Below are positions 16,590 through 24,341 of a stretch of 24,341 bases of DNA, one piece after another. The DNA lies in the IMG/VR virus record IMGVR_UViG_3300024191_000332, positions 1-24,341 of that record. One strand, written 5' to 3'. Position 1 is the stretch's first letter. Each line of letters begins with the position of its first letter. This DNA comes from a virus (taxonomy: Duplodnaviria > Caudoviricetes). Below the pieces are notes generated by a model. The model saw only the letters and a list, made by a program, of their open reading frames with translations, was not told the origin of the DNA and ran no database searches. The position numbers and the translations under genes were made by a program.

Positions 16590-19511
16590 TTATGCTGGAC
16601 CCCAGTATTCAAAATGCCATAATTCTTCTTGTCTTGCGCCATCAGATAATCTCCAAGGATTATACCAGCCGTACTTAGCCCCTATTTCAGCCATTTGCTT
16701 CCATACTGGGTTCTGAATTCTTGCGTTTTTATTAGGTATATTAGTTTCTGCTCCTCCTACTAATCTCCATAAATTGCCGAAATCAACTGCAAGTCCATAA
16801 CCATGTACACCTCCACCGACATTACTCCCGAACCTTAAAGCAGACGTTACTCTAAATTTTATTCCTGCTGTCACCATTTCGTTATACCATCCAACAAATT
16901 GTGCTGCTGCTTTTGTTTCAAGGTAGTATGATCCATTTACATTTGAAGAGCTACTACTTCCCCATGAAGCTCCAGGGGTACCTGGTCCACCTATAGGAGC
17001 AAAAATACCGTCTGTAGCTCCTTTTAGTACGTTAGATTTACCGTATGTTCTTGCTTTACTTCCCCACTCTCTTACTAGAGGTTTATTTGCGACAACTGGT
17101 GCTAGTCCTTTATTATGATATGGAGATCTTCTTCCTATCTTATTAGGATTAATAATCGGTGCAGGATCTTGTCCATCAGCAACGACTATTTCTCCCTGTT
17201 CACCTAATGTTGCTCCTGCCGTAGTTACACTACCTGCAGTTCCTCCTGATGTTGGTGATGATGAGTTGTTATTCTGATAAGGTACTGCTTCTGAGCTGTG
17301 TTTTTCGTTAAAGTATTCTATCTCTTCTTGTGTTGGTGGTTTAGTTGAGTAGAATTGTGTTTTTACATCTGTAGTCCATTTACCATCTGATATGTTATGA
17401 GAGAGTCCTGTTATTATAAATCCAAAATTTTCTGAATATTGGAAAGGTAGTACTCCTTCTTCTACTAGAAATGCTTGTCCTATCTTTAATCCTCCTATAC
17501 CCATAGTTGTAAAAGATAATTCAACCGGTATCACACCTGGTGCTGGTGTTGGGTCTTCTTTTGATTTACTCTTCATTTCCACTACCCACTTTTGACACCA
17601 CTCTTTATGGTACCCTTTTATATTAGCAACTGCTTTGCTATCGTAGTCTCCGTTATCTGCCCAAAAGCCAGAATTACCGTTAAGCTCTTCCCAGTAGTCG
17701 TGGTATGCTAAAGTCCATTTTTTTAACCTCTTATCTTCTGGTGTTTCTCGATTCTCTTTAACTTGTCCGTTATCGGCTGTATTTTTTTGAGATTTATGTC
17801 TTATGTGTCTATCTAATAAACCTCTATTCCACTCTAATAAAGGTGCTATATTATCTTTAGTATGTCCACCAGTTCCTTGAGCTGCTATAGATACCATACT
17901 AGCAATATTTGAACTAATTTTACTAGATATATTGAGGTTTGTAATTGTTGATTTAAGTCCTGTAAGGCTAATGGTTGGCAGTATATTACGTAGTGCTGGT
18001 GTTACTTTACGGTCTACTATATAAAATCTATCGTCCTGTTCATCGTATATTGTATCTAGGTCATTTATTCCACCTAAAGCCTCATTACATGCTTTCAATA
18101 TAGTCCTTATAAAAGTCACCATATCGTTTCCTTCATTTTGGTCAGAATCTTCTGTCTTACTGATTATTTTATCCAACTCTTCTTGAAGTAGTTGGCAAGA
18201 AATTAGAATGTTTAGTATATCATCTGTCTCCCCTCTCATTAATCCTCTCTGTAGAGCTTCTACAACGTTCTTGTGAAACCCGTTTTTATATATGAGTCCT
18301 GGAGCATAAGAAGTAGTATCGTAGCCTACAACAGGGTCTCTCCAAAGTACTGGTTGTTTTTTAGAATCGTACACTGTGATATTTTGAACAGGCTTAGGTA
18401 ATACACACACCATAGGATCGATTGAAAAATGCAAGTTGTTTGTAAGAAATTTACATTCTTTCTCATATGCTTGTTTGGTATCGTCTATGTCCTGGTATCC
18501 GGTGTAAAACTCAGTTAATTTTCTACCTGGTGTATTTGATCCCTTCTCTGGCTCTACAGTTGCATCTATTAAACTAACATATTGATTATATATATCTAAA
18601 ACAACATAAAGAGGTATCCAATATTCATTTAAATCATCATTATCGAATACTCCTGTATCTTTCTCTTCTATAGACTTTAACCTAAATGCAACGAATCCAT
18701 TTATTGTATTTTTTAAATGCTGTGCCTGAGATCTCATAAAACTATCCTTAGTATATATTGGTAGTTGATCTATAGCTGGAGGTGTTTGTAATTTCTGCTT
18801 ATTGTCACTAGTTTGGTTAACTTTATCTGGGTCTGGTTTACTAGTGTTGTTCGAAGTATTGTTTGCACTATTACCTGTTCCGTTTTCAGTTGGAGTAGTT
18901 CCTGTAGGATAGTCCTCTACGGTTCCTCCCCATACTTCATCTACTATACTCTGAACTGCCCATGTAGCATTTACCCTATTTTGTACTTTCTTAATATCTT
19001 TACTAGCTGGGTCAAGTCCTTTATTGATTGCTTTTTTTACGTTAATAGCAGATTGTGGTCGAATATCTAAAAACAGAAGCTCTAAAGTTGCTTCTACTGG
19101 GTTTGCAGTTGATTTTAATATGTTAGCAATAGGTTTTCCTTTTACTTCGCTTACTAAGTACTTAGTTTGAAAATCTAAACTATCTCTAACTTCTTTATCA
19201 AAATTTGCTGCTTTTTCTAATTTACCTCTTCTTCTTTTTCCTTGACCAGTCCATTGAATTAACCCGATTCCTCCTTTCCCACCTATTTCAGAATTTCCAC
19301 CTACTCCAACTTCAACTATTGCTGGTTTAAAGTAACTTTCTTTTTTTATGTTAGCTAGTACTGCTTGTGCTCCAGCTTTAGTATACCCTTGTGATTTTAG
19401 GTATTTAGCAATATATGTAGCGTTTGGCTTCATTGTAGGAGGTAAAGTTTGACCTCCTTTAGGAGTTGTATCTAAGTACTTGTATGTTTGTTCAGTGTAT
19501 TTACTAGCCAT
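16590..19511 (-). CDS. Baseplate hub-like protein with N-terminal phage-tail lysozyme domain and C-terminal M15 (VanY-like) peptidase
   Basis: N-terminus AVLANIKKES...GIGLIQWT...LDFQTKYL; central IPVELSFTTMGIGGLKIGQ...ITGLSHNISDGKWTT; C-terminus SALR..HGYGLAVD..EELWHFEY. Confidence 0.8.
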   Translation of the reverse strand: MASKYTEQTYKYLDTTPKGGQTLPPTMKPNATYIAKYLKSQGYTKAGAQAVLANIKKESYFKPAIVEVGVGGNSEIGGKGGIGLIQWTGQGKRRRGKLEKAANFDKEVRDSLDFQTKYLVSEVKGKPIANILKSTANPVEATLELLFLDIRPQSAINVKKAINKGLDPASKDIKKVQNRVNATWAVQSIVDEVWGGTVEDYPTGTTPTENGTGNSANNTSNNTSKPDPDKVNQTSDNKQKLQTPPAIDQLPIYTKDSFMRSQAQHLKNTINGFVAFRLKSIEEKDTGVFDNDDLNEYWIPLYVVLDIYNQYVSLIDATVEPEKGSNTPGRKLTEFYTGYQDIDDTKQAYEKECKFLTNNLHFSIDPMVCVLPKPVQNITVYDSKKQPVLWRDPVVGYDTTSYAPGLIYKNGFHKNVVEALQRGLMRGETDDILNILISCQLLQEELDKIISKTEDSDQNEGNDMVTFIRTILKACNEALGGINDLDTIYDEQDDRFYIVDRKVTPALRNILPTISLTGLKSTITNLNISSKISSNIASMVSIAAQGTGGHTKDNIAPLLEWNRGLLDRHIRHKSQKNTADNGQVKENRETPEDKRLKKWTLAYHDYWEELNGNSGFWADNGDYDSKAVANIKGYHKEWCQKWVVEMKSKSKEDPTPAPGVIPVELSFTTMGIGGLKIGQAFLVEEGVLPFQYSENFGFIITGLSHNISDGKWTTDVKTQFYSTKPPTQEEIEYFNEKHSSEAVPYQNNNSSSPTSGGTAGSVTTAGATLGEQGEIVVADGQDPAPIINPNKIGRRSPYHNKGLAPVVANKPLVREWGSKARTYGKSNVLKGATDGIFAPIGGPGTPGASWGSSSSSNVNGSYYLETKAAAQFVGWYNEMVTAGIKFRVTSALRFGSNVGGGVHGYGLAVDFGNLWRLVGGAETNIPNKNARIQNPVWKQMAEIGAKYGWYNPWRLSDGARQEELWHFEYWGPA

Positions 19512-19517
19512 ATATTA

Positions 19518-21065
19518 TTAATTACTAGGGAGTTTACCATTTTCTACAATAAAATCCATTATATTATACGTCTCTTTCCTAGACCCTTGAGGTGTTAAGG
19601 TGTTCAGCTCGAATTCCGCCGATCTTGATGCATCTCCTACTACAGTTATTTTTACGTAATTTCCCCAGCCGGCTTTTGTAAACTTAAGTCCGTACATTCC
19701 AAATTTATCATTTAAGTAAGGTACTACCTTATCTTCATTGTATTGAGATAAAGGTTTATCTTTAGTCCAATTATAAGATGAATTTCTATACTCTAAACTG
19801 CCTCCATTTATTACTTTATCGTATTTTGCTTTGAAATTAACATCTTCCAGTAGTGCTCTACCTGTAGTTGTTGAAATATCGTTTAGGTCTTCTCTTGCTC
19901 TTTCATCATCTCCTGTAAATATTTCGGTAAACTCTTCTACTGCTGTAGCTGTAGCTGTAGCTAGAAGATCAGTATTTCCAGTTGCTAGTGCTATTTGGAC
20001 TGCTGTTCCTACATCGTCTATTGAATCTATAAATTCTACTGTATTTTGTTTAAATTCCTGAACACCTGAGTTAGGGTCTCCGATTAAGTGTTCAAGTTCT
20101 ACAAATAACTTGTGGTATATAGATCTCCTTTCTTTTTTACCTTTGTCTTCACTCCATTTATCGAGTTGGTCAGGTGGATATACGTTTGAAGTATCGAAAG
20201 TAACAGCGATTGATTCAAGAACTGTTCCTTTAGATATTATTTTAATCATACAATCATAACCTCCATCTTCTCTAAAGCTCCAATTAAAATTAGATACGAA
20301 ACCTGTCATTGAATCGTAGTTATAGCTAGAATCAAAGGATAGTTCTTTTAAGTCATTTTGTATAGTTTTTTTTGGTATCTTATTTCTTAAAAACTTTCTA
20401 TAAAACTGTATATCTTTAACTACTTCTCCTGATTTACTGTCGAGTTGTAAAGAATGTCCCCATTCTAAAAGTATAGAAAAACCAGGTCTGAGGTATAGAG
20501 CTTGCATCATCTCTAAATCTTCTAATGTCCATACTGTTACATTTACTTCTGCTTCTCTTAAACTACCGTAAGTACCTTTAGATTTAACAGAGACAGAGTT
20601 AATTCCTGGAGTTGGTCTGTGTCCTAAGCTTTCATAGTTATGGTAGGCACTATCTTTTATATCTCCTGCAGAAACATATCCATCCGTGTCTATGTTTATA
20701 GGATTGTGTTTTGATTGATTAATTCCTCCGTTGATTGAAGTCGGCTGTGTAGCGGTTCCTTGTTTAACAGTGCCGCCCATAATGACATTATTATAAGCTA
20801 GATTTTTACTACCTACTACATCTTTAATCGTCTTCTTACCTGTTGCTAATCCTTCTGTCTCCGCTTTTGTTATTGTATTAACACTCGATACTATTCTTGC
20901 CCAGGCGCCATTACTATTAAAGAAAAGTAAGTGGTTTTTGTCTCTCTTAGAAGAAGATATAAGACTTTCCCGTGCGATGAGCTGTTCTACCACACTTCCG
21001 TCTATTCCTCCACCAATAACTTCTTGAGGTTGACCTTGAGGTTTATCTTTTCCTTTTTTAGACAT
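19518..21065 (-). CDS. Baseplate hub-like protein, N-terminal part
   Basis: RPTPGINSVSVK..GSLREAEVNV..YLRPGFSILLEWGH..GFVSNFNWS..GGYDCMIKI pattern; follows the LysM wedge gene. Confidence 0.65.
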   Translation of the reverse strand: MSKKGKDKPQGQPQEVIGGGIDGSVVEQLIARESLISSSKRDKNHLLFFNSNGAWARIVSSVNTITKAETEGLATGKKTIKDVVGSKNLAYNNVIMGGTVKQGTATQPTSINGGINQSKHNPINIDTDGYVSAGDIKDSAYHNYESLGHRPTPGINSVSVKSKGTYGSLREAEVNVTVWTLEDLEMMQALYLRPGFSILLEWGHSLQLDSKSGEVVKDIQFYRKFLRNKIPKKTIQNDLKELSFDSSYNYDSMTGFVSNFNWSFREDGGYDCMIKIISKGTVLESIAVTFDTSNVYPPDQLDKWSEDKGKKERRSIYHKLFVELEHLIGDPNSGVQEFKQNTVEFIDSIDDVGTAVQIALATGNTDLLATATATAVEEFTEIFTGDDERAREDLNDISTTTGRALLEDVNFKAKYDKVINGGSLEYRNSSYNWTKDKPLSQYNEDKVVPYLNDKFGMYGLKFTKAGWGNYVKITVVGDASRSAEFELNTLTPQGSRKETYNIMDFIVENGKLPSN

Positions 21066-21370
21066 TATCTATTTTTATTAACTTCTTCATATAACTGTAT
21101 AGCTGCGGTTTTATCAGCAGGTATTCTCAACTGTACACCAGGTGTTACATTAAGCGAGCCTTTTTGGTAATTATTAGCAGAAGAGATTATCCACCATAGT
21201 TCTGAGTCTTTATAGAATTCAAGGGCTAGAGAATCATACCTGTCTCCGTATTGAGTTATCACGTATACATCATTTTCACTTAAGGGAATTTCCGGGTATA
21301 TTACGTTTCTTTTATAGGTAGTTCCTCCAACTGTTTTACTAACCGGTATTTTTTTAAATCTTCTTCCCAT
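21065..21370 (-). CDS. LysM/tail-X-like baseplate wedge protein
   Basis: GDRYDSLALEFYKDSELWWIISSANN...PGVQLRIP. Confidence 0.85.
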   Translation of the reverse strand: MGRRFKKIPVSKTVGGTTYKRNVIYPEIPLSENDVYVITQYGDRYDSLALEFYKDSELWWIISSANNYQKGSLNVTPGVQLRIPADKTAAIQLYEEVNKNR

Positions 21371-21374
21371 CTTT

Positions 21375-21405
21375 TAATATACGAATTTTTTTTTATCTTT
21401 CAAGT
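21375..21405 (-). promoter_or_regulatory. Putative promoter ACTTG-N19-TATATTA
   Basis: Variant of the recurrent motif ending 4 nt before the ATG. Confidence 0.55.
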
Positions 21406-21420
21406 AAGAAACCTACTTTT

Positions 21421-23784
21421 TTACTCTTTAAGTCCATTCTTTAAAGGAATATATGTATCTTTATTACTTTTTATTGGCCTGTGATTTGTTATAAATGGTG
21501 TTAACCCTGTTTCTGGTAAGAAGTCGTGTATTACTTTAAATGATAATGATACATCCAGTACATGAGGAAGTATCTGATCTTTACCTCCTTCTCCTTCCGG
21601 ATTTTGAAAAGATATCTCCCAGGGGTAGTCTTTTTGCCATGTGTATTGAACTGATTCTATTATACCTGGTTGTTCGTATATGTAATCTCCTACGGTTACC
21701 TTAGCTATAGTACCTCTCATAAATCTACCACCGGTACCGTATGAAGGTGCTGTTACAGAAGCTAAAGTTGCAACTTTTCTATACAGTGGTTTCATTTCGT
21801 CTTTTGACTGTGCTGCTATTTTAAATCCTATATTTATAGTTCTTTCAAATCCGCTGTATGTGTAAAAACTATCTGCTCTACCTAGATATTTACTTGATTT
21901 CCATGAACCGTTAAAACTATCGTCAAAGGTATCAAGAAATGCTCTAAAAGCTAAATAGTATGTTTCTTCTGGTGTTATCACCTGAAATTCTAACTGTACT
22001 AAATCTCTGTTTTCCTCTATTCCGTCTAAGGGTTTTTTACTAACATCTAATGCATTTATTTTATCTACTGTATCTGGGTCTGAAATTGTATAGGATGTTC
22101 TTATTCTAGATGCTTTACCTGGGTTTCCTAGACCTACTCTTTTTTCTTTATTTATTTTTATATCACTATAATCAAAGGAGTAGGTGTTTCTTATTCCACC
22201 TCCAAATTCATCTGTTTCTCTAAAATCTTTTAGTTTTGTAGAAGAAGTTAGTTGACTATAAGTTGCAGAGTCGGAGTTAAGCTTGTCCGGTATTGGTTTT
22301 GATGTTCCGCCAATAGTATCATCGTTGAGATTAGCTCTATTTGCTATACCTACATTTAGTCCATCTCCGTGTTTAAGTATATCTACATGCTGTTTAGCAG
22401 TTTCTCCTGTATATGTACTCCCTGATGAGTATAGTTGTGTAGACATTTGATTATCCACAAACTCATCCGGTGTTGGGGAGTCTTTAAGTGGTATTTTTAT
22501 AATACTACCTGTAACTCCTGGTTGTGCTGCTAATATATTTTCCTGTGTTCCTAATTTAGTTTTAGAATCACCTATTGTGAATTTAGTTGCTTTAGTATTT
22601 TCTAATGGAGCTATATCTCCTTCAATCTTTTTATTGCTAATTCCGAATTCTCCTTCAAGTGATGTAGTTTGTACTGCAAACGTTTGATTGAATTCACCTT
22701 CCCCTTTAGGGTTGTTAACTGGGTTTCCAGTACGTACAGCAATTGCATTGTTAGTTGTCTCAGTTTCTGTATAAGGAGTATCCGGGCGGTAATTGCTTGA
22801 ATTTACTTCCTCAGGTATGTCTCCTATAACGTTCTTATTAGATACCCCTAAGCTTTCTGGTGATGCTGTTGTATTTCTAGTAAGGTCTTGCGGTTTTGCA
22901 GTACTTACTCCATTTTGTACATTATTAGCATTATCTAAAGTTCCTACTCCTGTTAGTGGACTGGTATTACTATATTTGTTACTTCTATCAAAATTAGATT
23001 CAAGAGTCCCTACTACACCTTTATTAGTACGTCCTAAAGTACCTTTAGTTAAAGTAGAATTTTCTAAACCTTCTGTTTTATTATTTATAACTGTTCCGCT
23101 AGAAGCTTTTTCTATATTTAGACTTGTATCAGTCTCAGTAAAGTTGTTTCCGTAACCGTACTTATCAACTACTTTTCCTGCAGGTCCATAACTCGGTTCT
23201 AGATCTCCTTGTATACCTATATTTAACTTTCCCAAATTTCCAGGAGAAGAAGTTGTATTTAAAGTAGGTAGGGTAGATTCTGAGCTTAGGCTTGACATTG
23301 GTACTTTTTGTCCGTCAAGAGTATAGGTAGAACCGTTTACTGGCCCGGGAAATGATGTACTTTCTTGTAAGTACGTATCTTTATTAAAACCTCTAACAAA
23401 GTGTGTTCCGGTTCCATTAACAGGTACCTGGGCTAAGGTAGAGCCAGCGACTAAAGCTAAGTGTTCTACAGTGCCTGTTGCTCTTCTGAGAAAATTACCT
23501 ACAGCAGTTCCGTTTTTGTACTTTTCATTTTGCCTTAACTTATCTGTTATTTCTCCTTGCTTTAATATACCTTCCTTTGCTAGGTGTTCAAGTCCTGGCT
23601 TGCTTATAAGCATTTTACCCATACGGGCAAGATCGTCAATTCTTTTTGTAACTTCGTCGGATTTGCTCCCTATATTCTTTGTTACATAAGGAGCCTCAGT
23701 ACCAGTTTCCCTATAAGTAACTGAACGTAAACTATCCATACGACCTTCGTCAAAGTCTTTTTTAAGGTTCCTTATAATTGGCAT
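21421..23784 (-). CDS. Baseplate/tail-tube-initiator-like structural protein with internal repeats
   Basis: C-terminal FRAFL..FDDSF..W...YLGRAD.FYTYSGFERTINIGFKI...VTVGD..PGIIESV...PWEI; lies between tape-measure and LysM genes. Confidence 0.65.
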   Translation of the reverse strand: MPIIRNLKKDFDEGRMDSLRSVTYRETGTEAPYVTKNIGSKSDEVTKRIDDLARMGKMLISKPGLEHLAKEGILKQGEITDKLRQNEKYKNGTAVGNFLRRATGTVEHLALVAGSTLAQVPVNGTGTHFVRGFNKDTYLQESTSFPGPVNGSTYTLDGQKVPMSSLSSESTLPTLNTTSSPGNLGKLNIGIQGDLEPSYGPAGKVVDKYGYGNNFTETDTSLNIEKASSGTVINNKTEGLENSTLTKGTLGRTNKGVVGTLESNFDRSNKYSNTSPLTGVGTLDNANNVQNGVSTAKPQDLTRNTTASPESLGVSNKNVIGDIPEEVNSSNYRPDTPYTETETTNNAIAVRTGNPVNNPKGEGEFNQTFAVQTTSLEGEFGISNKKIEGDIAPLENTKATKFTIGDSKTKLGTQENILAAQPGVTGSIIKIPLKDSPTPDEFVDNQMSTQLYSSGSTYTGETAKQHVDILKHGDGLNVGIANRANLNDDTIGGTSKPIPDKLNSDSATYSQLTSSTKLKDFRETDEFGGGIRNTYSFDYSDIKINKEKRVGLGNPGKASRIRTSYTISDPDTVDKINALDVSKKPLDGIEENRDLVQLEFQVITPEETYYLAFRAFLDTFDDSFNGSWKSSKYLGRADSFYTYSGFERTINIGFKIAAQSKDEMKPLYRKVATLASVTAPSYGTGGRFMRGTIAKVTVGDYIYEQPGIIESVQYTWQKDYPWEISFQNPEGEGGKDQILPHVLDVSLSFKVIHDFLPETGLTPFITNHRPIKSNKDTYIPLKNGLKE
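22519..23259 (-). repeat. Four degenerate ~65-aa protein repeats arranged (AB)2
   Basis: LGKLNIGIQGDL, LGRTNKGVVGTL, LGVSNKNVIGDI, FGISNKKIEGDI at aa 184, 250, 312, 380. Confidence 0.7.
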
Positions 23785-23788
23785 AAGC

Positions 23789-23998
23789 TTATGCTGGAGG
23801 GTTATCTGAATATTTGTCCGGTGTTACTCCGTTAAGGTCTAATCCTGATGGACTCTGTGCAATTTCTGGGTTGTTATTAATCGAAGACTCATAATGTAGT
23901 CTAGATTTACCTTTAGCTCCTGCTCTCTGTGGAGGAGTCACTCCTTTAAGTCCTAGTGTTGAATTAGGTAGTTGATTGTTTATTATTCCTTTAGCCAT
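23789..23998 (-). CDS. Small hypothetical protein, probably virion-associated
   Basis: 69-aa ORF in the structural module; internal repeat LGLKGVTP / LDLNGVTP. Confidence 0.7.
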   Translation of the reverse strand: MAKGIINNQLPNSTLGLKGVTPPQRAGAKGKSRLHYESSINNNPEIAQSPSGLDLNGVTPDKYSDNPPA

Positions 23999-24023
23999 AA
24001 TTATTAATTTAAATTTATTTTAT

Positions 24024-24032
24024 TATAAATAG
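24024..24032 (-). promoter_or_regulatory. CTATTTATA motif, candidate late promoter
   Basis: Similar motifs at 14510-14518, 9707-9715 and 4358-4365, all at gene boundaries. Confidence 0.45.
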
Positions 24033-24035
24033 AAG

Positions 24036-24341
24036 TTAAGAAAGTTTATATGTTCCCAATACTTGTGCTTCTCCTACTTTATCTCCGTCTAAGTATACAT
24101 TCCCACCTGCTGATACGACTGATATAAGAGTATCTAGTTTAGTTGATATCTCTGCCAGTGAATTATCCTCTTGTTCGTCACCATCTCCAAATAATCCTCC
24201 AAGTGCTGCTAATGGTGATGCTACTAAAGCAAAAGCAGATAAGGCGGCTAGAGCCGGTATTGCTGCTATTCCTGAAATTGCTATCATTCCTAAGCCTGCT
24301 GCTATTCCCATTAGTCCTGCTCCTACTAATAGGAGTTGAGG
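24036..24341 (-). CDS. Probable tail tape-measure protein, C-terminal fragment
   Basis: Frame is open to the window edge (PQLLLVGAGLMGIAAG...); Ala/Gly/Leu-rich helices ending NVYLDGDKVG; directly upstream of baseplate genes. Confidence 0.7.
   Translation of the reverse strand, partial: PQLLLVGAGLMGIAAGLGMIAISGIAAIPALAALSAFALVASPLAALGGLFGDGDEQEDNSLAEISTKLDTLISVVSAGGNVYLDGDKVGEAQVLGTYKLS

Noticed and set aside
19512-19520. Readthrough or sequencing error joining the two hub ORFs (they share a frame)
   Set aside because: Two consecutive TAA codons and an A/T leader precede an ATG that opens a distinct domain, which favours two real genes.
19942-19962. (GCTGTA)3 microsatellite
   Set aside because: In-frame hexamer encoding an Ala-Thr run; too short to suggest phase variation.
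21385-21394. Poly-T run as a plus-strand terminator
   Set aside because: No preceding GC stem; it is the A-rich spacer of the minus-strand promoter motif.
1652-23689. All plus-strand ORFs in the track (e.g. 1652-1873, 3796-4038, 15946-16227, 22793-23155)
   Set aside because: They lie antisense to well-supported minus-strand genes and show no motifs; shadow ORFs.
1-24341. Stop-codon reassignment as in some Bacteroidota phages
   Set aside because: TAA, TAG and TGA all end full-length recognisable genes under code 11 and coding density is high.
1-24341. tRNA, rRNA, CRISPR array, integrase or transposase
   Set aside because: Intergenic gaps are under about 100 bp once small ORFs are included; no cloverleaf, repeat-spacer pattern or recombinase motif was seen.

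Overview
AT-rich fragment of a large tailed-phage genome (probably myovirus-like), with every credible gene on the minus strand. SD-less A/T-rich leaders and promoters resembling the Bacteroidota -33/-7 type suggest a Bacteroidota/Flavobacteriia host (inference). In transcription order (right to left): (1) tail/baseplate module: tape-measure C-terminus, tube-initiator-like protein with internal repeats, LysM wedge protein, and a hub apparently split over two genes, the second carrying lysozyme and M15 peptidase domains; (2) replication module: compact family-A polymerase, gp32-like SSB, RecA/UvsX, 5'-3' exonuclease, DnaB-like helicase; (3) NrdB, NrdA, resolvase-like nuclease and thioredoxin; (4) a 7-deazaguanine (preQ0) cluster with queC, queD, queE and a phosphoribosyltransferase, mixed with small accessory genes. 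Most notable: a candidate preQ1-I riboswitch abutting the start of the small-ORF/queD/queE unit, a second unclassified pseudoknot-like leader before queC, and non-canonical metal-binding motifs in all three Que enzymes. All calls come from motif recognition by eye; no searches were run.
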